Assembly (NCBI GenBank): GCA_947084965.1
Contig: CAMTUG010000001.1
Coordinates: forward strand, 147,914 to 211,913
DNA length: 64,000 nt
Direction of reading: 5' to 3'
Source of the DNA: an uncultured Parcubacteria group bacterium
GTDB taxonomy: Bacteria > Patescibacteriota > Patescibacteriia > UBA9934 > CAMTUG01
Position 1 is the stretch's first letter. The number at the start of each line of letters is the position of its first letter. Both the position numbers and the translations under genes were made by a program. This document shows, in pieces, positions 9,731 through 19,982 of this stretch. The notes below the pieces were generated by a model. It had not been told where the DNA came from. It did not search any database and was given only the letters and a program-made list of their open reading frames with translations.

Positions 9731-10084
9731 CTACTTGTTGGCGTCGGCACCGAAGAGGTCGTCATCGATCGCCGTGTTCTTGATCCCGGCGTGGCCGAGG
9801 TCGCCACGGAGGCCGGCGTCCGTCTGGGACAGCAGCTCCAGATCGACGCCGCGGCGGACGAGGGCGACGATTCGGGAGCGGTGATGCCCGGCGTTCTCCT
9901 CGATCAGCGCGCGGATGGCGGCCGTCAGCTCCTCCTTGTCCGGCCTGTACTTGGGGCGCAGACAGCAGTCGGCGGCGGCGGTCAGGCGCTTCTTCCCGAG
10001 GAGGCGCAGGACCTCGCTCGGCGGGGCGCCATTCTGGGGGTTCTGCTTGCGCTGGGGGCGGGGGGACGAGTTGCCGTTGGGCAT
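9731..10084 (-). CDS. Orphan hypothetical protein
   Basis: 117 aa ORF with GAGG RBS; TTGACT-N17-TACCCT promoter; two hairpins downstream. Confidence 0.6.
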   Translation of the reverse strand: MPNGNSSPRPQRKQNPQNGAPPSEVLRLLGKKRLTAAADCCLRPKYRPDKEELTAAIRALIEENAGHHRSRIVALVRRGVDLELLSQTDAGLRGDLGHAGIKNTAIDDDLFGADANK

Positions 10085-10161
10085 CGATTGACCTCATGTC
10101 TGGGAAGTCGTGGCATCTGTCGGAAGACACTTCCTTCAGGCACACCAACGACCCCGAGAGG

Positions 10162-10200
10162 GTAGGTCGTCTTGACGAAAAAGTCAATAATCTTTATACT
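10162..10200. promoter_or_regulatory. Overlapping divergent sigma70 promoters (rpsB and orphan gene)
   Basis: Plus strand TTGACG-N17-TATACT; minus strand TTGACT-N17-TACCCT. Confidence 0.7.
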
Positions 10201-10212
10201 TCCGCCATAAAT

Positions 10213-10290
10213 CACACAGGTGTGACTAACGGTTTTGGGGCCTGCCCTGGCGTCTGCCAGGGTCCCAATCCCACACACCAACGAAAAAGG
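10213..10290 (+). promoter_or_regulatory. rpsB (S2) leader RNA
   Basis: CACACA start, GGTGTG/CACACACC stem, inner GGGG..CCCTGGC/GCCAGGG stem; resembles the known S2 autoregulatory leader. Confidence 0.6.
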
Positions 10291-10298
10291 AAACTATT

Positions 10299-11135
10299 AT
10301 GTCGACCCTTCCTTCCATGGAAGAATTGCTCGCCGCTGGCGTGCACTTCGGCCACCAGTCCTCGCGCTGGCATCCAAAGATGAAACCGTTCATCTACGGG
10401 GTGCGTGGCGGCGTCCATATTACCAATCTGGACGAAACGGTTCGTCTTCTGCCTCAGGCCCTCGATTTCCTTTCGGGAATCGCTGCTCGTGGTGGAAATA
10501 TTTTGTTTGTCGGTACCAAGCCGCAAGCACGTGAGCTCGTCAAAGCCGCTGCGGAATCCTGCGGCATGCCGTACGTGCACAACCGTTGGCTCGGCGGCAC
10601 GATGACCAATTTTGCCGAGATCAAGCGTTTGATCAAAAAGTTCGTTGACTTGAAAGATAAGCAGGCCAAAGGCGAACTCGCTAAGTACACCAAACAGGAA
10701 CAGGTCTGGTTTGCCCGCGATATCGAAGACATGGATCGCAAAGTCGGTGGCATTCAAGCGATGACGCAGACGCCGGATGCGATCGTGATCATCGACATCA
10801 AAGCAGAAAAAACTGCGCTGATGGAAGCAAAGCAGAAGAACGTGCCGGTGGTGGCGATCGTTGACACCAACGTCAACCCAGATCAGATCGACTATCCGAT
10901 CCCAGGCAACGACGATGGGATCAAATCGATCGGCATGATGCTTACTTTGATGGCCGAAGCGGTCAACGAAGGGAAAGCCAACGCGGTCAAGATCGCGGCA
11001 GCGGCCAAGGCAGCCAAGGAGGAAGAGGCTGATACCAAAGTCAAAGCCGAAGCGGTCGCAGCCGTGGAAGAGTTAGATGAAAAAATTGCGGAGGAACTCG
11101 CTACCAAAAAGATGGAAGAGAAGGTCTCCGCCTAG
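10299..11135 (+). CDS. rpsB: 30S ribosomal protein S2
   Basis: LLAAGVHFGH, RWHPKM, RWLGGTMTN, DTNVNP, IPGNDD. Confidence 0.98.
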   Translation: MSTLPSMEELLAAGVHFGHQSSRWHPKMKPFIYGVRGGVHITNLDETVRLLPQALDFLSGIAARGGNILFVGTKPQARELVKAAAESCGMPYVHNRWLGGTMTNFAEIKRLIKKFVDLKDKQAKGELAKYTKQEQVWFARDIEDMDRKVGGIQAMTQTPDAIVIIDIKAEKTALMEAKQKNVPVVAIVDTNVNPDQIDYPIPGNDDGIKSIGMMLTLMAEAVNEGKANAVKIAAAAKAAKEEEADTKVKAEAVAAVEELDEKIAEELATKKMEEKVSA

Positions 11136-11137
11136 GT

Positions 11138-11245
11138 AAATCCGAAATTATAAATCCGAAATCCGAAACAAAATCGAAACGGAAAGAGAAAAACTTTTTC
11201 TCACTCTGATTTTCTCTTTGTTTCGGATTTCCACATTCGAATTTT
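11138..11245. repeat. AAATYCG-heptamer palindromic element (family A, copy 1)
   Basis: AAATCCG repeats + GAAACAA ... TTGTTTCGGATTT; between rpsB and tsf. Confidence 0.85.
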
Positions 11246-11252
11246 AATCAGT

Positions 11253-11849
11253 ATGGCAGAGATTACAGCCGCTGCCGTTGCGCAGCTTCGTGAGATGACT
11301 GGTGCCGGAATGATGGACGCCAAAAAAGCGCTCGTCGAGGCGGAAGGGGATTTGGAAAAAGCTGCGGACGCCTTGCGCAAGAGTGGGGTGATCAAAGCGG
11401 GGAAGAAGGCGGAACGCGAAACCAAAGAAGGACGCGTTCACAGCTACATTCACAGCAACGGTAAAGTCGGCGTTCTCGTCGAAGTGTTGTGTGAAACGGA
11501 TTTCGTGGCGCGCAACGAAGCGTTCATCGAACTCTGCAACGACGTCGCCATGCACATCGCCGCTGCCGATCCGTTGTATCTCATCCGCGATCAGGTTCCA
11601 GCCAACGTCGTAGAAAAGGAACGCGAAATGGCTCTGGCGGAGATGGAAGGACAGATGAAACCGCAAGAGATCATGGACAAGATTGTGGAAGGAAAATTGA
11701 GCAAGTATTTCGCCGATGTCGTATTGATGGAGCAGGTCTTCGTTAAAGACGATACCAAGTCGGTCGAAGAGTACGTCAAAGGAAAGATCACCACCCTCGG
11801 TGAAAACATCCAGATCCGACGCTTCGCCCGTTTTCTGCTCGGAGCGTAA
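11253..11849 (+). CDS. tsf: Elongation factor Ts (short form)
   Basis: LREMTGAGMMDAKKAL, EVLCETDFVARN, GENIQIRRF. Confidence 0.97.
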   Translation: MAEITAAAVAQLREMTGAGMMDAKKALVEAEGDLEKAADALRKSGVIKAGKKAERETKEGRVHSYIHSNGKVGVLVEVLCETDFVARNEAFIELCNDVAMHIAAADPLYLIRDQVPANVVEKEREMALAEMEGQMKPQEIMDKIVEGKLSKYFADVVLMEQVFVKDDTKSVEEYVKGKITTLGENIQIRRFARFLLGA

Positions 11850-11862
11850 TTCACCGGTTAAC

Positions 11863-11888
11863 AAGAGCCGCCTTTACGGGCGGCTTTT
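11863..11888 (+). terminator. Rho-independent terminator after tsf
   Basis: AAGAGCCGCC-TTTACG-GGCGGCTTTT. Confidence 0.75.
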
Positions 11889-11907
11889 GTGTTATAATTT
11901 TAACGTT

Positions 11908-11932
11908 GCGGGGCGCAGTGGCCCCGCCTATC
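11908..11932 (+). repeat. REP-like palindrome (family B, copy 1)
   Basis: GCGGGGCGCAGTGGCCCCGCCTATC; 24/24 identical to the reverse complement of 30133-30156. Confidence 0.8.
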
Positions 11933-11942
11933 ACATTCTCCT

Positions 11943-12947
11943 ATGCTTCGAGTTGCTATTAATGGGTTCGGACGGATCGGACGGAACGTATTTAAAGTTG
12001 GTTACGGCCGCAAAGGGGTTCAGTTTGTGGCGGTTAATGATTTAACGGAGCCGAAAATTTTGGCCCACCTGCTGAAATATGATTCGACGTTCCGCACCTG
12101 GAAGCACGAAGTAACGTACGATGATCACAATTTGTACATCGACGGCAAAAAACTCCCAGTTGTTGCTGAAATGGAGCCCGCCAAGCTTCCCTGGGGAAGA
12201 TATAAGGTAGACGTGGTGATTGAATCGACCGGTCGATTTACCGATGCAAAATCTGCTGGCGCGCATTTGGACGCGGGCGCCAAGAATGTGGTGATTTCCG
12301 CACCGGCCAAAGAAGTGCCGATGTATTTAATGGGCGTCAATCACAGCAAGCGAAAATCCTCGGAGAAGATCGTTAGTAATGCGTCCTGCACAACCAATTC
12401 AATCGCCCCGGTTGCTGAAATTGTCAACGAACTTTTTGGCATCAAGAAAGCGATGATGACGACAATTCATTCGGTGACGGCCGAACAAAATATCGTTGAT
12501 GGTTTGCCGCCGAAGTTGCATCCAGACATGCGTCGCGCCCGCTCGGCCCTGGTCAACATGGTGCCGACCTCGACCGGCGCGGCCAAGGCGACGATTGAAG
12601 CGATCCCTGAATTGAAAAATAAATTCGATGGGATCGCGGTGCGTGTGCCAACCATTGACGTTTCCCTCTCGGATTTTACATTCTTACTCAAGAAAAAAAC
12701 GACAGCAGAAGAGATCAACAAGGCCTTTGTCAAAGCCGCGGCCCAACCGCGCTGGAAAGGAATCCTTGGTGTGACCGACGAACCGCTGGTGTCAACTGAT
12801 TTTATCGGGAGTACATTTTCGAGCGTCGTCGATTTGCAGATGACCCGTGTCGTGGACGGTGACTTAGTAAAAGTTCTCGCCTGGTACGACAACGAATGGG
12901 GCTACAGTGTCCACCTGATGGACATGGCCGAACATATTGGAAAATAG
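11943..12947 (+). CDS. gap: Glyceraldehyde-3-phosphate dehydrogenase type I
   Basis: INGFGRIGR, SNASCTTN, STGAAKA, WYDNEWGY. Confidence 0.98.
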   Translation: MLRVAINGFGRIGRNVFKVGYGRKGVQFVAVNDLTEPKILAHLLKYDSTFRTWKHEVTYDDHNLYIDGKKLPVVAEMEPAKLPWGRYKVDVVIESTGRFTDAKSAGAHLDAGAKNVVISAPAKEVPMYLMGVNHSKRKSSEKIVSNASCTTNSIAPVAEIVNELFGIKKAMMTTIHSVTAEQNIVDGLPPKLHPDMRRARSALVNMVPTSTGAAKATIEAIPELKNKFDGIAVRVPTIDVSLSDFTFLLKKKTTAEEINKAFVKAAAQPRWKGILGVTDEPLVSTDFIGSTFSSVVDLQMTRVVDGDLVKVLAWYDNEWGYSVHLMDMAEHIGK

Positions 12948-14214
12948 ATCTGTGGCTCGCAAGATCGTCATTCTCGGTGCGGGGTTTGGGGGGCTGAAGA
13001 CGGCGCTCGATCTTGAGAAATTTTGTACGGGCCTCGGGGAGTGTGAAATTACTCTCGTTGATCGTCGCAGTGAACATCTGTATACGCCGCTTTTGTACGA
13101 AGTGGCGAGTGGATTTTTGTCCAAGCCAAATCATCTCTGTCGCGGGGCACTGCGACAAGGGGTCTGCGTCAGCTATGATGCGTATAAGACGATTTTGCGT
13201 TCGAAATGGGTGAAGTTTAAACACGGGGAAGTTGTTGGGCTCGATACGCCTGCGCAAGAAGTCCATCTCGGCGGGGGAGAACGCCTTTCGTATGATGTTC
13301 TCCTCGTCGCCCTCGGTTCCGAAGTTGCCTATTATGGTATCGCAGGATTGAAGGAGTATGGGTTTCCACTTAAAAACGTGCGCGACGCACTCAACGTGCG
13401 TGAACGGATCTTTCGACTCTTAGAACGGTATCGGACAGGGGTCGATCCATTTTTTTCGATCGTTGTTGGTGGCGGTGGTGCGACCGGCGTCGAATTCGCG
13501 GCTGAGATCGCTCATCATTTTAGGGAACTTGAACAGCAGAAGTTTTTGAAGAAGGGCGGATGGTCGGTGACCCTCGTTGATCAAGCCACAGATGTACTGA
13601 TGGCGTTTCCGAAGGCGTTGCGATCGTGCGCCCAGGCGCGATTGGAGTCGTTGGGGATTCGCGTGCTGTTGAATACGGTTGTGAAGGAAGTAACGGCTGA
13701 TGCGGTCATGGTTGAAACGGAGGGCAAGAAGATGCGGCTTGAAGCCGACGTCACCGTTTGGTGTGGAGGGATCAAACCTTCGTCCACGCTTGAGTCCCTC
13801 GGATTGCCGCTCGGACCAAAAGGGCACCTGATCGTTGATGAAACGTTGCGGGTGTCAGGGTCGACGAATATTTTTGCGATAGGGGACAATGCCCAAATAA
13901 AAGCAGGCGAAGGATTTGTTCCCGCTCTCGCTCAGGCGGCATTTACAGAAGCAGGCCACGTGGCGAAAAATATCTCTCTTCATCTACAAGAAAAGGAACT
14001 TCTCCCTTGGGTTCCACCAACAAGCTGGTGGTCGATCGTTCCCTTGGGGGGAAAGTACGCCGCGGCGCAGATCGGACCGTTCAAGATGATGGGAACGACG
14101 GCATACGTACTGCGTAAATTGGCAGACTTGCGATATTGGCTGATGATTCTGCCTGTCGTTGATGCATTCCGTGTCTGGTTCTCCGGAGCGAGTACGTACA
14201 TCAAAAACGATTAA
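12937..14214 (+). CDS. Type II NADH dehydrogenase-like NAD(P)/FAD oxidoreductase
   Basis: GAGFGG, HLYTPLLYEVASG, GGGATGVEFAAE, IFAIGD, PALAQAA; start uncertain (TTG 12937 or GTG 12952). Confidence 0.85.
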   Translation: MENRSVARKIVILGAGFGGLKTALDLEKFCTGLGECEITLVDRRSEHLYTPLLYEVASGFLSKPNHLCRGALRQGVCVSYDAYKTILRSKWVKFKHGEVVGLDTPAQEVHLGGGERLSYDVLLVALGSEVAYYGIAGLKEYGFPLKNVRDALNVRERIFRLLERYRTGVDPFFSIVVGGGGATGVEFAAEIAHHFRELEQQKFLKKGGWSVTLVDQATDVLMAFPKALRSCAQARLESLGIRVLLNTVVKEVTADAVMVETEGKKMRLEADVTVWCGGIKPSSTLESLGLPLGPKGHLIVDETLRVSGSTNIFAIGDNAQIKAGEGFVPALAQAAFTEAGHVAKNISLHLQEKELLPWVPPTSWWSIVPLGGKYAAAQIGPFKMMGTTAYVLRKLADLRYWLMILPVVDAFRVWFSGASTYIKND

Positions 14215-14223
14215 TGCGTTGTT

Positions 14224-15348
14224 ATGAAATTGCGCCGGATCCAATCCGTCAAACGTCTGGAGGGCAAGCGTGTTTTGGTTCGGGTGGATTTGAATGTGCC
14301 AATTGAAAAGGGAAAGGTGATTGACGGGCCTCATGGGCGGATCGCGCAGGCCGCGGCGGGAATCCAACTCCTGAGAAAAAAAGGGGCCCGTGTGATCGTC
14401 ATGACCCACCTCGGTCGCCCGAAATCTTCCAGGGACAGATCCGTTCGTCTCGCTCCGGTCGCGGCGCGACTTTCGGAATTGCTCGACGCTCCGGTTTTGT
14501 ACAACGGTTCACTCGTTGGTGAAAAGGCGGAAGCGTTGATCGCTCGATTGAAAAATGGCGGAGTGGCGCTCCTTGAAAATCTTCGTTATGACAAACGCGA
14601 GGAGGAGAATGATGCGGAATTTGCACATGAACTGGCTGCGCTCGCCGACCTCTACGTCAACGATGCCTTCGGGGTCTGTCATCGCGCTCATAGTTCAGTT
14701 GCGGCGATCACCAAAGAGCTCCCGAGTTATATGGGGCCGCTTCTGGAACGCGAGATCGCTGTTCTGGCGAACGTCATGGCCAAACCGAAGCGACCATTTG
14801 TGCTGTTGCTAGGCGGGGCGAAGATGGAGACGAAGATTGGTCTGATCCAGCAGTTGGGGCGAAAAGCGAACGTGATCTGTATTGGCGGCGCGCTGGCCCA
14901 TACCTTTCTGGTGACCAAAGGGGAGAAGATCGGTACGTCGCTGTACGAAAAGGATCAGGTCAAGGTTGCCAAGGAGCTGCTAACGCGATTTGGAAAGAAG
15001 ATTGTGCTTCCCGTTGATTTTGTGTGGAAGGATAAGGCGATTCAAGATTGTGGTCCGCGCACGATGCGTAATTTTTTACGTGAATTACAAAAGGCCAAGA
15101 CGATCGTCTGGAACGGTCCGCTCGGGCGGTGCGAAGTCAAACCGTTTTGTGAAGGGACGCATCTGGCGGCCCGAGCGATCGCGGCGATGAAGGCAGAAAC
15201 GATCGTTGGCGGGGGCGACACCGTCCCGATCCTCGAATCCCTTGGCGTGGCCGATCGTTTTACGCATGTTTCGACCGGTGGAGGAGCAATGCTCGCTTTT
15301 CTTTCCGGGGAGAAGCTCCCGGCGATCGAGGCCCTTATGGTAAAATAA
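14224..15348 (+). CDS. pgk: Phosphoglycerate kinase
   Basis: RVDLNVP, THLGRP, LLENLR, VNDAFGVCHRAHSS, WNGPLG, HVSTGGGA. Confidence 0.97.
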   Translation: MKLRRIQSVKRLEGKRVLVRVDLNVPIEKGKVIDGPHGRIAQAAAGIQLLRKKGARVIVMTHLGRPKSSRDRSVRLAPVAARLSELLDAPVLYNGSLVGEKAEALIARLKNGGVALLENLRYDKREEENDAEFAHELAALADLYVNDAFGVCHRAHSSVAAITKELPSYMGPLLEREIAVLANVMAKPKRPFVLLLGGAKMETKIGLIQQLGRKANVICIGGALAHTFLVTKGEKIGTSLYEKDQVKVAKELLTRFGKKIVLPVDFVWKDKAIQDCGPRTMRNFLRELQKAKTIVWNGPLGRCEVKPFCEGTHLAARAIAAMKAETIVGGGDTVPILESLGVADRFTHVSTGGGAMLAFLSGEKLPAIEALMVK

Positions 15349-15354
15349 CGTTCT

Positions 15355-16620
15355 ATGAAGCACACCATTGAACACATTCACGCTCACGAGATGTTGGATT
15401 CGCGTGGAAATCCAACGATCAAAGTTTCCATTTTGTTGAAAGACGGAACGGTCGGTAGTGCTTCGGTTCCATCGGGGGCGTCGACCGGCATTCATGAAGC
15501 GCTTGAATTGCGGGATGAGAACCCCAAACGGTATCGGGGCAAAGGGGTGCTAAAGGCGGTGCGCAATGTGAATGAACGGATCGCTCCGATTATTCGCGGG
15601 AAAAATGTTTTCGAACAACGTTCGATCGATGACTTGATGCGTTTGCTCGATGGAACAGAAAATAAACACAAACTCGGAGCGAATGCGATCCTCGGGGTTT
15701 CGCTTGCCTGCGCGCATGCCGGCGCTAAGGCCAAGAAGATGCCACTCTATCAATATATTCGCGCCGTGTACGATCTTCATTATACGAATGATCGATACAC
15801 GCTTCCGTACCCAACGATGAACATCATGAACGGTGGGGTCCACGCTGGGTGGGCGATCGATCTGCAGGAATGCATGATCATCCCACAGCAAAAGCAATTT
15901 AAAGAACGATTGCGTTGTGGGAGTGAAGTGTTTCACGCTCTCGGTGGCTTGTTAAAGAAAAAAGGTTTTTCCACACTGGTTGGCGATGAGGGTGGGTATG
16001 CGGCGAAGTTAAAATCAAATGAAGAGGCGTTGAAGATGATCATGCAGGCGATCACAACGGCCGGATATAAACCTGGACGCGACGTGAAGCTCGGCATGGA
16101 CCCGGCCTCCAGCGAGTTTTATAACGAGAAAACAGATCGTTATGTAATGAAGGCGGATAAAAAAGTTTTGACCGCTGAAGGGATGATCAAGATGTATCAA
16201 GGGTGGGCCAAGAAGTATCCGCTCGTCATGATCGAGGATGGATTAGCACAAGACGATTGGGAGAACTGGATCAAACTCACTAAGGTGATGGGAAAAATGA
16301 CAACGCTCGTTGGGGACGATCTCTTTGTGACCAACGTCGAACGGTTGCAGAAAGGGATCGAGATGCATGTTGGAAATGCGCTTCTAGTTAAAGTTAATCA
16401 GATCGGTACGTTGACTGAAGCGATCGACGCGATCCTCTTGGCGCAAGCGCACGGCTACAAAATTAACGTTTCGCATCGTTCTGGAGAAACAGAAGATACA
16501 ACGATCGCGGATCTCGCCGTGGCGGTCAACGCCGAACATATCAAAACAGGTTCGCTTTCGCGTTCGGAACGGTTAGCCAAATACAATCGTCTGCTTGAAA
16601 TCGAAGAAGAACTTGCCTGA
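15355..16620 (+). CDS. eno: Enolase
   Basis: DSRGNPT, VPSGASTG, GDEGG, SHRSGETED, IKTGSLSRSER. Confidence 0.98.
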   Translation: MKHTIEHIHAHEMLDSRGNPTIKVSILLKDGTVGSASVPSGASTGIHEALELRDENPKRYRGKGVLKAVRNVNERIAPIIRGKNVFEQRSIDDLMRLLDGTENKHKLGANAILGVSLACAHAGAKAKKMPLYQYIRAVYDLHYTNDRYTLPYPTMNIMNGGVHAGWAIDLQECMIIPQQKQFKERLRCGSEVFHALGGLLKKKGFSTLVGDEGGYAAKLKSNEEALKMIMQAITTAGYKPGRDVKLGMDPASSEFYNEKTDRYVMKADKKVLTAEGMIKMYQGWAKKYPLVMIEDGLAQDDWENWIKLTKVMGKMTTLVGDDLFVTNVERLQKGIEMHVGNALLVKVNQIGTLTEAIDAILLAQAHGYKINVSHRSGETEDTTIADLAVAVNAEHIKTGSLSRSERLAKYNRLLEIEEELA

Positions 16621-16701
16621 TTTGATTGAAGAAAAGTCTTCGCAAAGAGTGCGCGGAACAAGGTAGACGGGGATGGCACGAGCCGATACAATACCTCCAC
16701 T

Positions 16702-18267
16702 ATGGTGAAACCAGCAGTACTCATGGTGTTGGACGGTTGGGGCGTGGCCCCTGAAGGGGAAGGGAACGCCATTGTGACCGCCAACACCCCTGTTTTTGAT
16801 GATATTATCAAACGTTATCCGACGATGACCCTTCGCTCTTCAGGCGAAGAGGTCGGTTTGTCTTGGGGGGAGATGGGCAACTCCGAAGTTGGTCACTTGG
16901 CGATCGGAGCCGGGCGCGTCTATTATCAGATGCTTCCGCGCATTGATCGCGACATCGTGACCGGTGATTTTTTTGCAAATCCCGCATTGACTAAGGCGAT
17001 GACCGTTGGAAAAGAGAAAGCCCTGCATCTTGTCGGGCTTCTTTCACCTGGGCATGTACATGCTATGGACAGCCATTGTCATGCGCTGCTGAAGATGGCG
17101 GCAGATGCCGGAGTGAAGAACGTTTTTTTACACGTTATTTTAGACGGCCGCGATACGCTTTATAACGCTGGTCACGATTTTGTCACCACGTTGCAAACGA
17201 AGATGGCCGAAGTGGGGGTGGGAAAGATCGCCACGGTCGTCGGCCGTTTTTATGCGATGGATCGCGACAACCGTTGGGATCGCACCGGGAAGACGTACAA
17301 CATGATGGTCAAAGGCGAAGGTGAGGCAACGACAGAGGACGTCCTTGCTTCGATCAAGGCGTCGTACGCCAAAGAGGTGTATGACGAGCAGTTTCCGCCG
17401 ACCGTGGTGCTCGAAGGAGGCAAGCCGGTGGCTACAGTCAACGCGGGCGATGCGGTGATCTTCTTTAACTTCCGTCCTGATCGTGCCCGTCAATTGACCC
17501 GCGCGTTTGTCTTGCCTGACTTTGATAAGTTTTCTCGTCAGGCCGTTGAAAATCTCACGTTCGTGACCATGGCGGAATACGAAGCCGGACTCCCGGTTGA
17601 TGTTGCTTACCCACCGCAGAAGATCGTCAACACATTGGCCGAAGTGATCTCTCGACATGGGCTCAAACAGTTGCATATCGCTGAAACAGAAAAGTACGCC
17701 CACGTCACATTTTTTATGAACGGAACGCGCGAAGAGCCCTTTCCTGGGGAGGATCGCGTGATCATCCCGTCGCCGCGCGTTGCCAGTTACGACGAGGTGC
17801 CAGAGATGTCGGCCTATGCTCTAACAGATCGCGTCGTCAAAGAGGTTAAAGCTGGGACGTATGATCTGATCGTCCTGAATTTTGCCAACGGCGATATGGT
17901 CGGCCACACTGGCAATCTTCCGGCAACGGTGAAAGCCTGCGAAGCAGTAGACGAGTGCGTTGGCAACATTGTTTCGGCCACGCTGGAAGCGGGCGGGGTC
18001 GTCTTCGTCACTGCGGACCATGGGAATGCGGAGGAGGTTAAAAATCTGCAGACCGGGGACATGGACAAGGAGCATTCCACAAATCCGGTGCCCTTTTATG
18101 TGATCGGTGCTCAGTTCGAAGGGCAAGCTTCCCCTTCCGGAGAAGTTCCTGGCGGGGATCTTTCGCTGATGCCCCCGGTCGGGATGTTAGCCGACGTCGC
18201 CCCAACGATCCTTTCCGTTTTGGGGATTCCTCAGCCGGAAGAGATGACGGGTACACCCCTTATATGA
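16702..18267 (+). CDS. gpmI: 2,3-bisphosphoglycerate-independent phosphoglycerate mutase
   Basis: LDGWG, MGNSEVGH, GRFYAMDRD, AETEKYAHVT, DMVGHTG, TADHGNAE. Confidence 0.97.
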   Translation: MVKPAVLMVLDGWGVAPEGEGNAIVTANTPVFDDIIKRYPTMTLRSSGEEVGLSWGEMGNSEVGHLAIGAGRVYYQMLPRIDRDIVTGDFFANPALTKAMTVGKEKALHLVGLLSPGHVHAMDSHCHALLKMAADAGVKNVFLHVILDGRDTLYNAGHDFVTTLQTKMAEVGVGKIATVVGRFYAMDRDNRWDRTGKTYNMMVKGEGEATTEDVLASIKASYAKEVYDEQFPPTVVLEGGKPVATVNAGDAVIFFNFRPDRARQLTRAFVLPDFDKFSRQAVENLTFVTMAEYEAGLPVDVAYPPQKIVNTLAEVISRHGLKQLHIAETEKYAHVTFFMNGTREEPFPGEDRVIIPSPRVASYDEVPEMSAYALTDRVVKEVKAGTYDLIVLNFANGDMVGHTGNLPATVKACEAVDECVGNIVSATLEAGGVVFVTADHGNAEEVKNLQTGDMDKEHSTNPVPFYVIGAQFEGQASPSGEVPGGDLSLMPPVGMLADVAPTILSVLGIPQPEEMTGTPLI

Positions 18268-18376
18268 AATACGAAATACGAAATCCGAAACAATTTATAA
18301 TGGTGAAAAGAGAAAACGGTTTTCAGATTCTGATTTTTCTCTTGTTTTGTATTTCGATATTCGAATTTCGAGTTTT
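18267..18376. repeat. Family A heptamer palindrome, copy 2
   Basis: AAATACG AAATACG AAATCCG AAACAA ... TTGTTTTGTATTTCGATATTCGAATTTCG. Confidence 0.85.
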
Positions 18377-18381
18377 GCCGT

Positions 18382-18888
18382 ATGTTAAAACTTGATTACA
18401 CCATCTCGTCTTGGCTTGACCAGCTGACCGACATGTCCCCATTTTGGGGCGATGTGGCGACGTTTTGCGCCCGTTACTTAGTGTTTGTGTTTGGTATCCT
18501 GGCCGTGTATGGACATCTGCAGTCATCACATCCGCAAGCACTGGTGTTGATGGTGGCTTCGTTGGCCCTCGGGTATGCAGTGACGATCGGGATCGCGTTT
18601 ACGGTGCGTCGTAAGAGGCCGTACGAATATCTGGGGGACATGAAGCATATGCGTCTGCCGGTTTACACCCCATCGTTTCCTTCGGGGCACGCCACGCTTG
18701 CTTTTGCCATCGCTGGGAGCTTTATCGGATCATACAGCGGAATCATTTTACCGATCGTCCTGATCATCGCCACGGTCATCGCCGTTTCCCGGGTGATCGT
18801 CGGGGTACATTATGTCAGTGATATTCTGGCCGGCGCGGTCATCGGCCTTGCCGCGAACTGGTTTATCGGCACACACATTATTTTATGA
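18382..18888 (+). CDS. PAP2-family phosphatase (undecaprenyl-PP phosphatase-like)
   Basis: RKRP, SFPSGHA, SRVIVGVHYVSDILAG. Confidence 0.9.
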   Translation: MLKLDYTISSWLDQLTDMSPFWGDVATFCARYLVFVFGILAVYGHLQSSHPQALVLMVASLALGYAVTIGIAFTVRRKRPYEYLGDMKHMRLPVYTPSFPSGHATLAFAIAGSFIGSYSGIILPIVLIIATVIAVSRVIVGVHYVSDILAGAVIGLAANWFIGTHIIL

Positions 18889-19982
18889 AAGCGATTATTT
18901 TAGCCGGCGGTTCAGGAACCCGGCTCTGGCCGCTGTCGCGTGAGCGCCAACCAAAGCAATTACAATCTGTTCTTGGGGGGAAGTCGCTTTTGCAGAATAC
19001 GTACGAGCGACTCCTGCGTTTGTTTACGCCGGGGGATATCTTGATTGCCACCGGCCGAGGAGACGCCAAGACGGTGCAGATGCAGCTGCCGAAAGTTCCT
19101 CCCAAGCAGTTGTTCGTCGAACCGGAGCGCAAAGGGACGGCGGCAGCGATCGGGTATGCCGTGGCCGCGATCGCTAAACATGATCCGGAGGAAACGTTCG
19201 TGGTCATTAATTCCGACGCCCACATCGTGGAGGTCGAAGAATATCTCGCCTGCATCTCCATGGCCGATGAGCTGGCCCGGTTGAAGCACGGCTCGGTCGT
19301 TTTGATCGGCGTCCGTCCGACCTACCCAGAAACGGGGTATGGCTATATTCATCTCGGTTCCGCTGCGGCCTGGGTCGGACCGACGGATAACCAGCGTTTG
19401 GCTCATTCCGTGGATAAATTTGTTGAAAAACCGAATGCCGATCTCGCCGCCGAGTACGTGCTTTCCGGCGAGTACTTGTGGAATCCGACGTTGATTGTGG
19501 CTCAAGCGGGGACGTTCTTAAGGCGGTACGAAGAGCACGCTCCAGAGATCTATCAGCAGCTGATGCGCATTCAAGCAGCGATCGGCAAGACCGGGGAAAA
19601 ACTGGCGATCGCCGACGCTTTTGAAAAAATACCGGAGGACTCAATTGACAAGGCGATCTTAGAAAAGGGCGGGAAGATGCTCGTCGTGCCGGGTAATTTT
19701 GGCTGGTCAGACATCGGTTCTTGGCGGGCGGTGTATGATGTACAAAGTGCGCTTGAAGAGAGCGAACAGAAGAACGTCGTGCGCGGTAACGTGGTGTGTG
19801 TGGAAGGATCTGGTAATCTGTTGTGTACGACAGAAAAGAAATTGCTCGCCGTTCACGGTGTGCATAACCTCGTTGTCATCGACACCGAAGATGCTCTCCT
19901 TGTTTGTTCGCGCGAAGATGCGCAAGGGGTCAAGCGGATCGTGAACGAGTTAAAGTCACGGGGAATGCAAAAGTTTTTATGA
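18885..19982 (+). CDS. manC: Mannose-1-phosphate guanylyltransferase
   Basis: ILAGGSGTRLWPLSR, PETGYGYI, FVEKP, WSDIGSW. Confidence 0.9.
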   Translation: MKAIILAGGSGTRLWPLSRERQPKQLQSVLGGKSLLQNTYERLLRLFTPGDILIATGRGDAKTVQMQLPKVPPKQLFVEPERKGTAAAIGYAVAAIAKHDPEETFVVINSDAHIVEVEEYLACISMADELARLKHGSVVLIGVRPTYPETGYGYIHLGSAAAWVGPTDNQRLAHSVDKFVEKPNADLAAEYVLSGEYLWNPTLIVAQAGTFLRRYEEHAPEIYQQLMRIQAAIGKTGEKLAIADAFEKIPEDSIDKAILEKGGKMLVVPGNFGWSDIGSWRAVYDVQSALEESEQKNVVRGNVVCVEGSGNLLCTTEKKLLAVHGVHNLVVIDTEDALLVCSREDAQGVKRIVNELKSRGMQKFL

